From positions 1 to 64,000 of the forward strand of contig JYFJ02001342.1 in NCBI GenBank assembly GCA_000934665.2: a stretch of DNA of 64,000 bases. Reading direction: 5' to 3'. Shown piece after piece: positions 62,663-64,000 of this stretch (positions within the stretch are counted from its first letter, which is position 1; every line of letters starts with the position of its first letter). This stretch comes from Catajapyx aquilonaris (Eukaryota). The notes under the pieces were generated by a model that was not told the DNA's origin, searched no databases, and saw only the letters and a program-made list of their open reading frames with translations. Position numbers and translations under genes: made by a program.

Positions 62663-64000
62663 TTGTACAGTACATTACTGACTGGGCTAGAAACTTATGT
62701 TACACCATGTATGAATGCAGTTAATCGGGCTTTCAAAGGGATATTAACAAACATAAAATGTTATGGTACTAATTTCCACGTTCAGTATTACTCATCGTTC
62801 CTCCTCAATTCAGTATTATTCAAGTTACAATTAGGGTGTCTGATATTTTAACTGCTATCATTTCTATAACGCAGCAGGTTTGTCAGGCACATGGAAACAA
62901 GCATGGAAAAGCAAACTAATGAAGCCACTGCCCAACGTTCTTCTATACCAACTACATCAGCCGAAGTAAAAAACGTGACACAATAAAGGTATATGGCATA
63001 CACGTTGTTGGGGAACTTGTTGTATCCCAGATAATGGTACCTGTTGAGATTATTCTCAAATGCGCTTTTGACTTGAAATATCAGTATTTGGGATTTTTAA
63101 ACCCATTGTGAGGATTACCTTAAAGCTTGCAAAACTCAAAAATGAACATTCTGATTATTGCTCCCTCAAGCAGTAAGCTATTAGCAATGCATGGCAGTAT
63201 TTTGTTCCAAATTAACTGATCCTCATCTGCCCCTAACCTCACCCCAATGCATTGTATAATACGAGTATTTAATAGAAGGCTATGTTATAATCCATCAACC
63301 AAAGAGATTTGTTCGTAAGGGAATTCATATTTTGAATGAAATATTATAGGGTACAGTTAACGCGATATAGGGCGCGAAATTCGTTAAGGGAAAGAAACCA
63401 TAATAAAATATACATTTCTATAAAGTATATATAGCGTTACAGCATATAGACTATACTGCGTATTTTTTGAAAAGTTATAATCATTCAGAAAAAATAGGTC
63501 ATCTGTGTTTTGTTTGTGTATTATATAATTTATTAGTAAAGTAAACTTATCCTAGGTGTGCAAGTATGTTTTAAAAACTTATCTATATGGTCGGTTATCC
63601 GCGGTGGCTTGGTATACTAATTACCACAAATAACCGGGATCCTATACTCTATAATAATTTGTTGTGGCCTTGACAGGCAAAATAGAATCGAACTCTTGTC
63701 TATAGATGTATCTTCCGAGAAAACAGCCAGAAACTGTTTCTCTCAATCCAGAGAATAGTGGCACACCACCACCGCTTGAAGGAACGCATCACATTTGACA
63801 AACACATCGCCTCTGCCAACACTGGACGCAGCTCTTTGAATGCAGTGTGCATAGCTCTCCTTCGTCAAAGCATGCAGTTACCCTGCCACGTCCGTAATAC
63901 GTCACTCGAAGGCCCATTGCCAGCCGACTCTCTTTCCCTTGGTTCACAAGCTAAAGAAAAGGATGCAACAGAGGCAGCTGGCGGATGCAACTCACACTGC

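Overview
Eukaryotic genomic DNA, most likely arthropod, with many short introns. It holds two convergent multi-exon genes. (1) Syntaxin-17 on the + strand (CDS 8226-16911, six coding exons, about 469 aa) has Ser/Pro-rich insertions and two possible C-terminal tails after its Gly-rich transmembrane hairpin. (2) Obscurin/Unc-89 on the - strand can be spliced by hand in continuous frame across 47 core exons (53284 to stop at 18182, about 3,740 aa): SH3, DH/PH RhoGEF, PEVK-like linker, 18 Ig, Fn3, 2 Ig, pseudokinase, Ig, Fn3, second kinase. Upstream lies a 3.8-kb exon (58443-54616) with three Cys/His repeats and about 30 FVPGQ repeats; its donor is phase-compatible with the SH3 exon, which would give about 5,000 aa. 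Splicing features include a U12-type intron in kinase 1, a GC-AG intron, a 57-aa cassette exon inside the SH3 domain with a CRACD/DUF4592-like motif, an alternative donor adding an acidic linker, and a candidate kinase-less terminal exon. Non-coding DNA carries several MITEs (TTAA, TA and 8-bp TSD types, one nested pair), a SINE-like remnant and a Tc1-type transposase fragment. No rRNA, tRNA or CRISPR features were found. All gene models come from manual reading, with no database search.
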